This document shows positions 30,139 through 41,069 of a DNA stretch of 64,000 nucleotides, one piece after another (position 1 is the stretch's first letter; every line of letters begins with the position of its first letter). The notes under the pieces are model-generated. The model had not been told where the DNA came from, made no database searches, and was given only the letters and a program-made list of their open reading frames with translations. This DNA comes from Elusimicrobiota bacterium. GTDB taxonomy: Bacteria > Elusimicrobiota > UBA5214 > JBBAAG01. The stretch lies in contig JBBAAG010000001.1 of NCBI GenBank assembly GCA_041658405.1, positions 43,386 to 107,385 of the forward strand. Direction: 5' to 3'. Made by a program: the position numbers and the translations under genes.

Positions 30139-31203
30139 TTAAGTTAACCGTTTACACCCGGTTTTTGTGATGATTACGGTATTCTCAATCCTTACCCCGC
30201 CACGGTTGGGGATATATACACCCGGTTCTACGGTTATCACATTACCTTTGACCAGAAGATCCGCGCTTTTTGCGCTTACCGTCGGAGCTTCATGAACTTC
30301 TAAACCCACCCCGTGACCTGTTCCGTGTATAAACCGTTTACCGTACCCGCTGTGTTCCACAACCTGCCGTACCGCGGTATCCACATTTTTTGCGGGGATG
30401 CTTGGTCTTACAGATTCTATCCCTGCGTTATACGCGGTATCAACAACCTTATATAGTTTATTAAACAGTTTATTAAGTTTACCTATAAAAACCGTCCTTG
30501 TCAAGTCACAACAATACCCCTGGTATTTAACGCCAAAATCAAGTATTACGGGTTCATTTTCCCGGATTTTACGTTTTCCTGGTACGTGGTGCGGGTACGC
30601 GGAGTTCGGGCCGGACGCTATAATAGTTTCAAACGCGGGGATACAGTAGTATGAAAGTATCAAAGTATCAAGTTCCTTTGCAAGTTCGTGTTCGGTCTTC
30701 CCTGCACGGAAGAAGGTTCTTGTCCATTCAGTAAATACCTTATCCGCAATACGGCCTGCGGTACGGATAAAGCCGGCTTCCACACTATCTTTCACTGACC
30801 GGATCTCACGGATAACTTTTGTACAATCTTCAACTGGTATCTCGGGGCCTAGTTTCTCAATAATTGCGCGTGCCTGCGAATGAGTGGTACACCCGAAATC
30901 CAGCATTACCCCGCGAAGATTATCGCGTGATGCAATCTCCGCTACTCCCGCTATGATATCTTTTGTGCATTTAAAAAATAATCCGCGTTGCCGCCCTGCG
31001 GTATTGCGTATCTGTTCATATAGCAGCTGCGGGGTCAGGACATACCATTTATCAGAAGACAAAAACAGCCAGTATCCCGAAAAAGTTATGCCCGTGAAAT
31101 AGGAAGTTAGTACCGGTGAAGTGAATAATACACCGCGTAAAGTGTCACCATAATACTCAGCTATCTTATTCCTGCGGGATAATAATGATTTCAAGTTTTT
31201 CAT
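30139..31203 (-). CDS. pepP: M24 family Xaa-Pro aminopeptidase/creatinase-like metallopeptidase
   Basis: The C-terminal pita-bread fold has conserved HGTGHGVGLEVHE. Length is 354 aa. Confidence 0.75.
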   Translation of the reverse strand: MKNLKSLLSRRNKIAEYYGDTLRGVLFTSPVLTSYFTGITFSGYWLFLSSDKWYVLTPQLLYEQIRNTAGRQRGLFFKCTKDIIAGVAEIASRDNLRGVMLDFGCTTHSQARAIIEKLGPEIPVEDCTKVIREIRSVKDSVEAGFIRTAGRIADKVFTEWTRTFFRAGKTEHELAKELDTLILSYYCIPAFETIIASGPNSAYPHHVPGKRKIRENEPVILDFGVKYQGYCCDLTRTVFIGKLNKLFNKLYKVVDTAYNAGIESVRPSIPAKNVDTAVRQVVEHSGYGKRFIHGTGHGVGLEVHEAPTVSAKSADLLVKGNVITVEPGVYIPNRGGVRIENTVIITKTGCKRLT

Positions 31204-31253
31204 AATTATTTTTTTATGTTTTCCTAATACTTTTAATGGATTTATTATAGTTC

Positions 31254-32354
31254 TTATCTGGAAGGTACCAGTACTCGGGTTAAGATTTTTTTGTCAATAA
31301 CAATCCCGGTTATTACATTCCCGATTTTTGTCGGTAAAACCGCTTTTATCTTACCATCAGAAACTTTTTTATCGCGTGCCATTGCGGATATCACAGCCTC
31401 AACCCCTAATTCCTTAGGCCAGGAGGTAGGTAAGCCATACGCGTGAAGTAAACGTTCAATCCTCACCGCAAGGCCTTTAACGGTATAGCCCATGGATTCC
31501 GCAGTTTTTGCAGCAACAACTGTCCCGATTGCCACTGCCTCGCCGTGGGTATACTTTTTGTACCCGGTTAAGGTTTCTACTGCATGGCCAAACGTATGCC
31601 CGAGATTAAGTTTTGCACGGAGGCCGTAACGTTCATACTCATCCTTCTCAACGATCCCGGCTTTAATTTTAACGCAGCGGTATACTATTTGTTCCAAAAC
31701 ACCGGAGTTATAACCCATAACCTTCCCGATGGTTAATTCCAGAATCCTGAATAACCCGGCATCCGCGAGGACACCGTATTTCACTACTTCCGCAAGGCCG
31801 CCCCGCAGTTCGCGTAATGGTAAAGTTTTTAGTACCTCAGTATCCGCTACTACCGCCGCGGGTTGATAAAACGCACCGACAAGGTTTTTCCCAACCGCAA
31901 GATCAACCCCTGTTTTCCCGCCAACCGACGAATCTACCTGCGCAAGTAATGTCGTGGGAACGTGTATCACGGGTACACCCCTGAGATACGTCGCAGCAGC
32001 AAATCCCGCAGTATCACCGACAACACCGCCGCCTACCGCAATGACCGCTGTACGGCGTTCAACAAAATGCGCTGCAAAGAAAGCGTATATTTTTTTTATA
32101 GTATCAAGGTTCTTGTATTTCTCACCCGCAGGTATGACACTTTTTCCGGTAATCCCGGCAGTTTTTAGAGCTGATTCCACTTTTTTCCCGTAAAGTTTGT
32201 TTACATTACCGTCAGTAATAACGGTTACTCTATTAATACTACGGTTCTTCAATACACAGGGTAGTGACTCAAGAGTATTTTTGCCGATAATAATGTCGTA
32301 CCCGCGTGAAGCGGGGAGATTGAGTTTCACAACTTTATTTGTCATACCTGCCAT
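31254..32354 (-). CDS. aroB: 3-dehydroquinate synthase
   Basis: VIAVGGGVVGDTAGFAAATYLRGV matches the GGGxxxD NAD-binding motif. It is adjacent to aroK. Confidence 0.85.
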   Translation of the reverse strand: MAGMTNKVVKLNLPASRGYDIIIGKNTLESLPCVLKNRSINRVTVITDGNVNKLYGKKVESALKTAGITGKSVIPAGEKYKNLDTIKKIYAFFAAHFVERRTAVIAVGGGVVGDTAGFAAATYLRGVPVIHVPTTLLAQVDSSVGGKTGVDLAVGKNLVGAFYQPAAVVADTEVLKTLPLRELRGGLAEVVKYGVLADAGLFRILELTIGKVMGYNSGVLEQIVYRCVKIKAGIVEKDEYERYGLRAKLNLGHTFGHAVETLTGYKKYTHGEAVAIGTVVAAKTAESMGYTVKGLAVRIERLLHAYGLPTSWPKELGVEAVISAMARDKKVSDGKIKAVLPTKIGNVITGIVIDKKILTRVLVPSR

Positions 32355-32367
32355 CTTTTTCTTAACA

Positions 32368-32868
32368 TTATTTTTTTAAGTACTCCGCTATTTTATCAAC
32401 TACTTCTTTTACCGTTAGCTCCGATGTGTCAACCATAGTACGGCAGCGTTTATAATAACTTTCCCGGGCGGATAATAAACGTGTAATTTCCGCTAACGGG
32501 TCAGGTTTCTGTAATAACGGCCGAGCAGTATCATTTTTTATGCGGTTATATATAACCTCCGCCCGGGCGGTAAGGCATACCACTACGCCGTTGTACTCAA
32601 GATTATACATATTTTCCGCACGGAGGACAGCTCCACCGCCGAGGGTAATCACCTGGGTATCGCGTTGCGCAAGGTCAAATATAACCTCGGATTCAAGTTT
32701 ACGGAATTCCGGTTCGCCTTTTGACGCAAAAATATTGGAGACCGTCATCCCTGCGCGTTGTTCAATAACAGTATCCGTATCAACCACTATCATATTCAAA
32801 CGTTTACCCAGTTCTTTCCCTACCGCTGTCTTACCGGTACCCATAAATCCGGATAACACTATATTCAT
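32368..32868 (-). CDS. aroK: Shikimate kinase
   Basis: MNIVLSGFMGTGKTAVGKEL contains a Walker A motif. Length is 166 aa. Confidence 0.85.
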   Translation of the reverse strand: MNIVLSGFMGTGKTAVGKELGKRLNMIVVDTDTVIEQRAGMTVSNIFASKGEPEFRKLESEVIFDLAQRDTQVITLGGGAVLRAENMYNLEYNGVVVCLTARAEVIYNRIKNDTARPLLQKPDPLAEITRLLSARESYYKRCRTMVDTSELTVKEVVDKIAEYLKK

Positions 32869-32900
32869 GGCCTTACAACAACTCCATTCGTTTAGTAGAT

Positions 32901-34100
32901 TTAAACAAAATCGCTTGACGCTATATAAAAGTCTAAAGGAAATATTATAGATAAAAACTTGTATATTTGCGAACTAATCCTGTACCTGCACAACTCATGC
33001 GCTGTGGAAGTGTAGTTAAACACCAACCGTACAGCCCCGCAACGGGTAAGAGTTAATGTTTCCGCACCGGGGATGTTTTTCCGTGTGACAACAACATTTT
33101 TACCGTTATAACATAAGCTCGTGATTTCGTTATCAATTCTGAAATTAACGCTTACCTTTGAGGAGAATCCTGCTGTGCGTAACCGCTGTTCTATCTGCGG
33201 GATAAAACCTTCCAGTACCGCTGTTAAATCATTGATCCTCACCTTACCTAGAGAATGCACACCCCAGTCCGCTGCGTAGTCTATAAAACAACGGTTATCT
33301 TCATGCACGGTAAACTGGCGTTTTACAACAATGCTGTTTACATGTTTATACTTTTTAAATAACCACCGCAGTGTCTGGATAACCGTCATGGAATCACCCG
33401 CAGCGTCGTAAACGTTGATATTTGAAGAATCTTTACTTTCGCGGTAGTTAATATAAGCACTCCCACGGGAATGTGTATTGTTCTCCGCATACACTGTCTT
33501 CAGATGTATCCGTTGCCCGAACTGTTTTGTATAATCCTCGCTCTGGCGGAGAACCCTTAACTGCCTGGTGTTATGTAACGCTTCCATCTTGGGATTGAAC
33601 TTTGGATTATACTTTGATACTTTCAACCCTTTGATTGATTGGCGGTCTATATCCAGTGACCTGCGGGTAAAGGAGTATGATACTACACGCCCGCCGGTTT
33701 CCCAGCCGTAATGGCTGTACCTCAACCGTTCACCCCAGAGGATTGACATTGCAACCCCGCGGAGTGTCATTTCGTCAATACAATGGTTCAATAACGCGGT
33801 CATATACCCTTTACCTCGGGTACTTGGATGCGTTGCTACCGCGCCAATACCTCGGCAGGTAACTGTTTTTGAGCCAATACGCAAGTCCAGCGGGTACAAT
33901 CCTATATGCGCGAGAAATTCGTGGGATGGGGAATACATCGCATAATTATCTTTTAACATCCCATTCTCTGTACGGTACATATGCGTATACTCTTTATACA
34001 TTGCCCCCGGTGTTTTCGGGCGAAATATAGCGTCAAGAAAGGCAATAAGTTTTTTTCGTTCAGTTTGTTTTACTATCACGACTTCTAATTCATTACTCAT
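32901..34100 (-). CDS. GNAT-family acetyltransferase (long, Eis-like architecture)
   Basis: RGIGAVATHPSTRGKGYMTALL is a GNAT motif A (acetyl-CoA binding). Length is 399 aa. Confidence 0.5.
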   Translation of the reverse strand: MSNELEVVIVKQTERKKLIAFLDAIFRPKTPGAMYKEYTHMYRTENGMLKDNYAMYSPSHEFLAHIGLYPLDLRIGSKTVTCRGIGAVATHPSTRGKGYMTALLNHCIDEMTLRGVAMSILWGERLRYSHYGWETGGRVVSYSFTRRSLDIDRQSIKGLKVSKYNPKFNPKMEALHNTRQLRVLRQSEDYTKQFGQRIHLKTVYAENNTHSRGSAYINYRESKDSSNINVYDAAGDSMTVIQTLRWLFKKYKHVNSIVVKRQFTVHEDNRCFIDYAADWGVHSLGKVRINDLTAVLEGFIPQIEQRLRTAGFSSKVSVNFRIDNEITSLCYNGKNVVVTRKNIPGAETLTLTRCGAVRLVFNYTSTAHELCRYRISSQIYKFLSIIFPLDFYIASSDFV

Positions 34101-34217
34101 ATTATCCGTCCTTACAAAAACTTCTTGTTTTTAATATAAAAAATGATATAATTAATTGCGTAAACAAGTCAATCATTAAGGTTTTTTCAGAAGGAAGGGA
34201 TAGGTATTTACCGGCAA

Positions 34218-35006
34218 ATGAAAACTGCAACCGCAGTATTATCAGCATTATTAGCCGTAACCCTCGCAAACTCCTTATGTTTTTGCGAGGATACGTATGT
34301 CTCAAAAAAAGTTCTGGCATTAAAATGGACATCCTCACGTCAAACCGCTACCGAATGCAAAGTACCGAAAACCGCACGGAAGGAATACACCGGAAGTTAT
34401 ACCTTCGCAATCGCACCGGATAATAAAACATACTTCTACGATCTGGAAGGTAACAGAGTTATGATCTTTAACAAGGGAAATTATGTGGATGAGATAAAAA
34501 TACCGTTCCATGCACTGGTGTACGCGCTATGTGTTGACCCTAAAAACCAGGTGTATGTGGTATACAAAAAACAAGACCTCGCGGATCCTTTAAAAATGTC
34601 TACTATGATGAACATCTACGACCAGGCATCACCCGGGGCGGTTATCTCCACAAAACTTACTGATTCAACTACCGCGTTTTACGCAGTAGAACTCGATGGT
34701 GAGTGTAATATGTGGCTTGAAGACGGTGTGTACCGTTATGACGTGTTTAAATCCGGGAAATTTGTCAACGCAAAAACCAGGAATATAAATAAAACAAAGG
34801 TTATCGCACAGCAGATAAGTTATCCCGCGGAAGTAAAAGTTCTGGCGGATAAAACTGATCCGAAGTATCAGCCAATGATATCCCGCGGTATACAGAAACA
34901 CAACCTGCCCGCAGAATTTGAGTACGCGGTACTGACACTAACCTCGACGGGGGCAGAGATCACAGGTTTTGCTAAATCCAGTGATAAACCAAAGAATAGT
35001 AAATAA
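34218..35006 (+). CDS. Secreted hypothetical protein
   Basis: It has the signal peptide MKTATAVLSALLAVTLANS. I recognised no family. Confidence 0.4.
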   Translation: MKTATAVLSALLAVTLANSLCFCEDTYVSKKVLALKWTSSRQTATECKVPKTARKEYTGSYTFAIAPDNKTYFYDLEGNRVMIFNKGNYVDEIKIPFHALVYALCVDPKNQVYVVYKKQDLADPLKMSTMMNIYDQASPGAVISTKLTDSTTAFYAVELDGECNMWLEDGVYRYDVFKSGKFVNAKTRNINKTKVIAQQISYPAEVKVLADKTDPKYQPMISRGIQKHNLPAEFEYAVLTLTSTGAEITGFAKSSDKPKNSK

Positions 35007-35026
35007 TATAAAGGAGAATTTTAACA

Positions 35027-35467
35027 ATGAACGGTTTTAAATGCACGGTATGCGGTTATATGTCAATCACAGGTACAGCGCCGGATAAGTGTCCCGTCTG
35101 CGGAGCTAGTAAAGATAAGTTTGTCAGCCAAACAATCCAGCGCCCGGTTGATCCCAATAATTTAACGGAAGCTGAGAAAAAACATACTCCTGTTATCATA
35201 GTAGAAAAAAAGTGCGGGCTACTCCCCGATAGCGGGTGTACGGATGTACACACAAAAATCGGTGCGATAACGCATCCAATGACACCTGAACATTTTATAG
35301 GGTATATCTTGTTTTATGTGGATAAAGAGTACGTCGGGAAAATGTCGTTAGCTCCCGGGAAAACTAATCCCGCTGCGGCAATTCATTTAAAAGTTAATAC
35401 CGGAACAGTCTCCGTGGTTAACTGGTGTAACCTCCACGGGTACTGGATGGCTGACGCTGCGTTATAA
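35027..35467 (+). CDS. dfx: Desulfoferrodoxin-type superoxide reductase (2Fe-SOR)
   Basis: It has an N-terminal rubredoxin-like CxxC...CxxC (CTVCGYM...CPVCGA). The EKKHTPV motif equals the EKHVP centre-II motif of SOR. A C-terminal CN..HG Fe ligand is present. Confidence 0.75.
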   Translation: MNGFKCTVCGYMSITGTAPDKCPVCGASKDKFVSQTIQRPVDPNNLTEAEKKHTPVIIVEKKCGLLPDSGCTDVHTKIGAITHPMTPEHFIGYILFYVDKEYVGKMSLAPGKTNPAAAIHLKVNTGTVSVVNWCNLHGYWMADAAL

Positions 35468-35491
35468 AATAACGCAGGAGTTCCGTTATTT
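35467..35491. terminator. Hairpin terminator between convergent dfx and the 934-aa gene
   Basis: The perfect 8-bp inverted repeat aaataacg/cgttattt has a 9-nt loop and is followed by ttgcaattt. It overlaps the last codons of the minus-strand gene. Confidence 0.35.
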
Positions 35492-38290
35492 TTGCAATTT
35501 CAGTATAAGCTCCGCGACCTTCCGCCGCATTGCGTATAATGTTTCCGGATCATGCGTAAAGTCCGTCAACGTTTTCACAACTTTATCATCCACCGCGAGT
35601 GCAGCTTCGATCTCCGCTACGAGTTTAGTGTCAAGTTTACGTTTAGACTTAGCTTTTTCATACAAGTTTCTTAACATATAAAAATACTCATAATCCTCAA
35701 GGCCGTCACGTATATTTTCAAACCGTATCGTCGATAACGGCCCCTTAGGACCGGGGCAAAGAATACTGCCGTCACCGTTTGAGGTATCAAAACTTGCGGG
35801 GTTCCAGTCGGTATACGGCCCGGATTCAATCGGGTGCGTATTATTCGGCCACCGTGTCATCGCATAGTATAGATATCCGTCAGTTTTGTACTTAAACGAC
35901 ATCGCACCAAGTAAGAGCCGTGCTTCAATCGCGGGGTATTCCACAAACCAGTTGGCATAGGGATGTTTCGGCCCTATACACGTGTACCACCACACTTTCT
36001 TACCTTTTGCCCTAACCTTTTCCGCAAGGTCAAGGTTATACTTCGGTGTCAGCGGTACCCAGATATCCACGCAGTCAAGCCCGGTTTCCAGCCCAAATGA
36101 ATGGTCATACGCAGTTGTCATGGTCGGTACTTCCGGGGCAATAGTTTTGAGGTACCCAAAAATGTCTTTCATAATAGGAAATGTTTCTTTATTAATCTCG
36201 TCAAACCCGTAGAAACATATGCGGTCCATAGCGTTTAGACGGCGGAGAACCGGTAGCATTGCTTCATACTCCGATTTAGTTTTTTGCCTGAATTCGTCAG
36301 TAAAAACTTTTTTGGGATCATAAATATATTTCAGGTTACACATTGTCATCCCGCGGGGCATAGAGTATTCCAGAATTTCCTGATCCATAAAAGTTCTGCG
36401 GTATAAATAGTCCGGGCTCACGCGGTGGTCAAGGATAAACCCGCGGTAGGAAAAGTCTAGTTCTTTAGTCCACGAACTTTTGTATATGTTTTTAACGAAA
36501 CTATCGTAATAACTGAACGCCGTGGGTAACGACGGCTGCTGGGGTAACTCAAAATTCCAGACGGTTATTTCCAGTCCGAGAACAATACTGCCCTGCCCTT
36601 CGGTATTAACCGTGAGTTTGCCTTTGTAAACACCAGCCGGGGTATCCGTCCCCGCGTGAATGTTGACCCAGAAACAACCGGTTTCTTCTTTTTCATAACT
36701 CGCTGAGGCCAGAAAGTCGAGGATAGGATCCGGCCACCACCCCACGAAGTCCACTCTGTAATGCCGTGACGGATCCGCTGTGTGTACGTACCCCATAATG
36801 CCGGTAGTGATATCTTTCCCGGGCTTAAGCACACTTTTTTTGTCTGCACTCAATAAATCGGATACTGTCACGGACACGTTAACCAGTTTTTCAGTAATCG
36901 GTATCACTACTACCTGGAACGCTTCAGATTCATTTTTTGCAAGTTCCACTTTGATATTATCACGGAATTCCGCAGTTACCGGCCGGCTTGAGATAAACAC
37001 TTTCCGCATTGGCGGTTCGTACCCCACAGCGAACTTCGCGTCGGGATACACGGATAAGGTGTTGACATACAACACCGCTTTCCTGCACTGTAACCCAATA
37101 GATTCAAGCCGGGTGATTGCGGTATCCCAGAGTTCACCCGTAAGTTCCTCATAATCCTTCAACCGCTGTTCAATTGACAGTATTTCATCGTCAAGGCCAG
37201 AGAGTGACCTCATAACTTTTTCGTACGTCTCAGGAGAGGATTTCTCAAGTTTAGCAGCGTATTGTTTTACGGTATTTAGTTCCGCACGGATACCGTCAAC
37301 ACTGTAAGCCGGGGAGGAAAGTGTCACGGAATACCAAGTACGGTATATAGGGTTCCGCCCTTCATCACGTATCGTAATTTCTATATCCGTCACCTCGTTG
37401 GATAATATCCAGTACTTAACCTCTGACCAATAATCGGTAGTGATCAATGGTGTCGGCGGTGTCTTTACCGCCATATTACCCGCTACCTGTGTTACACGGC
37501 CACGGAAGCCCGAAGGGAACGGGGTAAAACTAATTACGTTCTTACCCCAATAAGGTTTTGGTACATCGGTTACCTGTACACAAGTGTTTGTACTATTAAA
37601 TATCAACTGCCCGAACTGGTCCGGTTGGTGGTAGTCCGGGTCAGTTTTTGCCCACATAGTGTAATCCTTACGTTTAACCGCATTTCTTGCGAAGTTACAC
37701 CAGATATACGATCCCGGGACAGGGGTTGAGGATATACCGATATCGTTAAACGGAAGTTTTAGTTCTGTAATCCAGGAATAGGTTGTACGGGTAACTGCAA
37801 GGGTTAATCCCTGTGCATTCCAGGTTTTCCCGCCCTTACCGGTCTCATCGTATACCGTACCGGAAGAGTTTATAACGAAATGATAGTAAGACTGGTAAGT
37901 GGATTGTTCCGTAAAAAATAGTTCGATACTTTCATTCTCCCATACATGTCCGTCACGCTTGGCAACTGTAGAAACTATTTTACTTATCTGCGGTTCGTAA
38001 CACTCAATCCCGGCATATACCGCTTCCGGCGTATAGTACATTTTTACCTTGGTTTGATGGTTAACCCAGTTTTTAGTATTAAACGAAACAAAGCCGGTAA
38101 TCCACGTAGCCTTACCCCATTGCGGATCATCAAGCATGCCGTCAATTTTTGTATCACCTTCAACCATTGGGATTGCGAGGATATTGTTCAGCGGATACGC
38201 GGAGTGCAGGGTTTGGGTTAATCCTGAAATTAACAGTGCGGATAGTACGGTTACCAATACAAGTAACGGTTTTACATTTCTTAACATCAT
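35486..38290 (-). CDS. Large secreted protein: N-terminal CBM9/DOMON-like carbohydrate-binding domain plus C-terminal glycoside-hydrolase-like region
   Basis: It has a signal peptide. IDGMLDDPQWGKATW...ENESIELFF matches the CBM9-like pattern that recurs in the 39405, 41070 and 59961 genes. Length is 934 aa. Confidence 0.5.
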   Translation of the reverse strand: MMLRNVKPLLVLVTVLSALLISGLTQTLHSAYPLNNILAIPMVEGDTKIDGMLDDPQWGKATWITGFVSFNTKNWVNHQTKVKMYYTPEAVYAGIECYEPQISKIVSTVAKRDGHVWENESIELFFTEQSTYQSYYHFVINSSGTVYDETGKGGKTWNAQGLTLAVTRTTYSWITELKLPFNDIGISSTPVPGSYIWCNFARNAVKRKDYTMWAKTDPDYHQPDQFGQLIFNSTNTCVQVTDVPKPYWGKNVISFTPFPSGFRGRVTQVAGNMAVKTPPTPLITTDYWSEVKYWILSNEVTDIEITIRDEGRNPIYRTWYSVTLSSPAYSVDGIRAELNTVKQYAAKLEKSSPETYEKVMRSLSGLDDEILSIEQRLKDYEELTGELWDTAITRLESIGLQCRKAVLYVNTLSVYPDAKFAVGYEPPMRKVFISSRPVTAEFRDNIKVELAKNESEAFQVVVIPITEKLVNVSVTVSDLLSADKKSVLKPGKDITTGIMGYVHTADPSRHYRVDFVGWWPDPILDFLASASYEKEETGCFWVNIHAGTDTPAGVYKGKLTVNTEGQGSIVLGLEITVWNFELPQQPSLPTAFSYYDSFVKNIYKSSWTKELDFSYRGFILDHRVSPDYLYRRTFMDQEILEYSMPRGMTMCNLKYIYDPKKVFTDEFRQKTKSEYEAMLPVLRRLNAMDRICFYGFDEINKETFPIMKDIFGYLKTIAPEVPTMTTAYDHSFGLETGLDCVDIWVPLTPKYNLDLAEKVRAKGKKVWWYTCIGPKHPYANWFVEYPAIEARLLLGAMSFKYKTDGYLYYAMTRWPNNTHPIESGPYTDWNPASFDTSNGDGSILCPGPKGPLSTIRFENIRDGLEDYEYFYMLRNLYEKAKSKRKLDTKLVAEIEAALAVDDKVVKTLTDFTHDPETLYAMRRKVAELILKLQK

Positions 38291-38307
38291 AAAAAAACGG
38301 TTCTCCT

Positions 38308-39408
38308 TTATCTATTTTCTATTAACTTCAACGCTTGACTAATATAATCCGGCACGGATGACGATGGGGTGGGGGGATATACAGTAAGCATACGCCGACA
38401 TTCTTCAATTGCTGCGGTATATGATATTTTTTTAGGAACTTTACCGAATATTTTATCCGCATTTGATGAGTATATCTTCCTCAAAACTTCTTCCGGGAGG
38501 TTAAGCCCGTGCAGGACATACTTCCCAGCTTCCCAACGGTCATCGGATTCCATCAACCGCCGGATATGGAGTATATGGTTCACTGATTTCTCAACGCTAA
38601 ACTTACCTCCGCGCAAAGCGTTATCACTGCCGAAAACTATGCGTTCGCTGTATTTGACAAACATTTCCCGGGTTGTATCCAAGTTTTTTGCGATATCAAA
38701 ATACACCCAACTCCCCGGAGTGATATCCATATAAAAATTCGGGTATTCTTCGAATATCCGTGATAACCTCGGGATGTTGTGTGTCATAAAAAACATATGC
38801 GCAAAAACGAAATTTACACGGGGATGGCGTTTAACCACGCTTAATGCATCCTGCCACAAAAATTCCAAGGTCGGATAAGTATTGTCGTATACCCATCCTT
38901 TGGCTTTCAAATGTTCCGGCGCATTGATGAGGTCCCAGTATATAAGCGGGTCTCCTACGTGCCAGAGAACCGGGAGGTTATTGGTTTCTAACGATTTAAA
39001 AAACGGGGTGAATACCGGCGAACCGATTTTGTGTTTATAGCTAACATAATATTCTGGCTTGGATTCAATAAGTTTGACACCATCAAATCCCAGTGCGTGT
39101 ATCCGTTCCGCCTGGTGTTCCAAGGCTTTCGCTGCAGAAGGTTCGTCCATATCAAACACTTCAACATCATCCGGTGCGCCAAGGCCGTAAACTTTATCCG
39201 GATACAACACTTTTGCGGCAAGTACCACGGGGTTAGAGTTCACCCGTGACATTACTTCACTCCCGGGTTTCATATGCCCGAGAGTAAGCATCCCGAACTT
39301 TGTTACACCACACGCTGAGGATGATAGTCCGTCAACACAGGTGCGGATGTCCCCGGGTACATCGCAGTGTATATGCGTATCAAAAATATTTGTATTATTT
39401 ATTTTCAT
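38308..39408 (-). CDS. Amidohydrolase-2 family TIM-barrel hydrolase
   Basis: DTHIHCD is an HxH metal site, and HVGDP is present. Length is 366 aa. There is a 4-bp overlap with the upstream gene. Confidence 0.55.
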   Translation of the reverse strand: MKINNTNIFDTHIHCDVPGDIRTCVDGLSSSACGVTKFGMLTLGHMKPGSEVMSRVNSNPVVLAAKVLYPDKVYGLGAPDDVEVFDMDEPSAAKALEHQAERIHALGFDGVKLIESKPEYYVSYKHKIGSPVFTPFFKSLETNNLPVLWHVGDPLIYWDLINAPEHLKAKGWVYDNTYPTLEFLWQDALSVVKRHPRVNFVFAHMFFMTHNIPRLSRIFEEYPNFYMDITPGSWVYFDIAKNLDTTREMFVKYSERIVFGSDNALRGGKFSVEKSVNHILHIRRLMESDDRWEAGKYVLHGLNLPEEVLRKIYSSNADKIFGKVPKKISYTAAIEECRRMLTVYPPTPSSSVPDYISQALKLIENR

Positions 39409-41051
39409 TTGAAATACAGTTTAATAAACTTTTCCGGGCTGTGATACGTACGGTCAACTTTAGCTAATGAAACTGCCAGTTTACCCTCAGAAATATTATG
39501 CCCCAGGTTTATGCCCCATACATTCGTTGCGCCTATGGTGTTAATCGGTACCACAAATTCTGTACTCCAGAACTTATCCCCGGTATACGCTGCGGTTTTC
39601 CAGCCGGTTGCGTCCCATACAGTGTCATGTGTCTTCCCGCGGGAAGCTGACCTGTCATCAAATACGGTATTATTTGTATTAACTACAATACGATAATACA
39701 TATTCCCGTCAGCTGAGGGGTCGATATATAGTTCTATACTATCATCTTCCCAGACTTTACCGTCATGTGTGACTGCATCTTTTTTTATGCTATCCTTCAC
39801 TTTGATATCACACATTACTCCAATGTACAAGTTTTTGTCATCATACGCGAAGTATGCGGTGGTACCATATAGAACAGGCGCGTTATTTACTTCATTAAAA
39901 TCTGAGACGGTAACAACCGAGGTTGATATCCAAACTTTATCATCGAGACGGCCGTCGAGGATAATACTGCTATCCCCCGGGTTTTTGCTTAACGTCAACG
40001 TTTTCTCCTGTGCAGCAGCTATACTCGAACCAGCAGATGATATTTCGTCTCTCATCTGGTAAGTTGTTTGGATATAGAATTCAGGTTTTATGGTTAATGG
40101 TATAACAAACTCCTGTTCTTCTTTAATGCCTTCATGATAAATCCGGACATCCGAATGGATGGAATCCACGTTCTTCGGTGAGTTCCATTTTGGCGCTGGT
40201 AATTTATCAATGGGAAGCATGTATACTGTCCGTACCTCTATACGGTCTTTGTAAACCTTGAAGTATCTATAGCATACCGAGTTCACCAGTGCACTGGTAT
40301 TTACCTGATGAAAATTGTTATTGCGGGTATACGCGTTTATATGGTTATGCCCGTTAATGAAAACCACCGGGCGTGTAATGCCTTCCTGTGTAAGCCACTG
40401 TGTAAAACTTGCCGGGATAAAGTCCAGCCCGCGTTTTTTCATTGCACCGCCATCACGGCATGATACCGCAGGATAGTGTGTCGCAATAACCACCGGGAGG
40501 TTGCTATGTGCCTCCGCGTTTTTTATGATCCAGTCAGTCCATTCCCGCGCATCGGATTTTCTGAACGTAGCACCAATGAAGTATACCCCGGATTTTTCAA
40601 ATTCGTAGTTAAGCGCAGGTGTGCCAAAAACTATCGCGTAATTCGTTTGTTCCAGCGGTAATGCCACAACAGCTGTACTGGTTGCAACGTCGTGGTTTCC
40701 TCCCAGAATGAAGAGTTTGGTGTTAAGTTTTGACATTATTGACTTAAACTTTTCCATACTTTTAACATCGCCGTAGTTCGCAATATCGCCGGTCACTACC
40801 ACAAAATCAGGGACTGAATGATATGTTTTATTATTTATTGCATTAACAAACATTGTGAGGTACTTAATATTTTCCTGGTACGGGTTCCGTAACGCAGGGT
40901 CAGGGTTGTCGTCAGACATTATATGGACATCCGTTATTTGCGCAAATGAACATAACGGCGTTTCTGCTGCTGACTTTACAGGCTTTCCCGCACTGTACGC
41001 CTGCGGAGAAAATGTTAGAAAAACCAGTACCGCCATTAATAACCTTAACAT
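39405..41051 (-). CDS. Secreted calcineurin-like metallophosphoesterase fused to C-terminal CBM9/DOMON-like domain
   Basis: It has a signal peptide. ITDVHIMSD, VVTGDIANYG and GGNHD are phosphoesterase motifs. The C-terminus GRLDDKVWIS...EDDSIELYIDP is CBM9-like. Confidence 0.65.
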   Translation of the reverse strand: MLRLLMAVLVFLTFSPQAYSAGKPVKSAAETPLCSFAQITDVHIMSDDNPDPALRNPYQENIKYLTMFVNAINNKTYHSVPDFVVVTGDIANYGDVKSMEKFKSIMSKLNTKLFILGGNHDVATSTAVVALPLEQTNYAIVFGTPALNYEFEKSGVYFIGATFRKSDAREWTDWIIKNAEAHSNLPVVIATHYPAVSCRDGGAMKKRGLDFIPASFTQWLTQEGITRPVVFINGHNHINAYTRNNNFHQVNTSALVNSVCYRYFKVYKDRIEVRTVYMLPIDKLPAPKWNSPKNVDSIHSDVRIYHEGIKEEQEFVIPLTIKPEFYIQTTYQMRDEISSAGSSIAAAQEKTLTLSKNPGDSSIILDGRLDDKVWISTSVVTVSDFNEVNNAPVLYGTTAYFAYDDKNLYIGVMCDIKVKDSIKKDAVTHDGKVWEDDSIELYIDPSADGNMYYRIVVNTNNTVFDDRSASRGKTHDTVWDATGWKTAAYTGDKFWSTEFVVPINTIGATNVWGINLGHNISEGKLAVSLAKVDRTYHSPEKFIKLYFK

Positions 41052-41069
41052 TAAAACGCCTCCTGTTTG

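Noticed and set aside
34102-34338. 78-aa minus-strand ORF between the GNAT gene and the secreted hypothetical gene
   Set aside because: It overlaps the start and signal peptide of the plus-strand gene at 34218, has no RBS and has a low-complexity composition. It is probably intergenic or promoter sequence.
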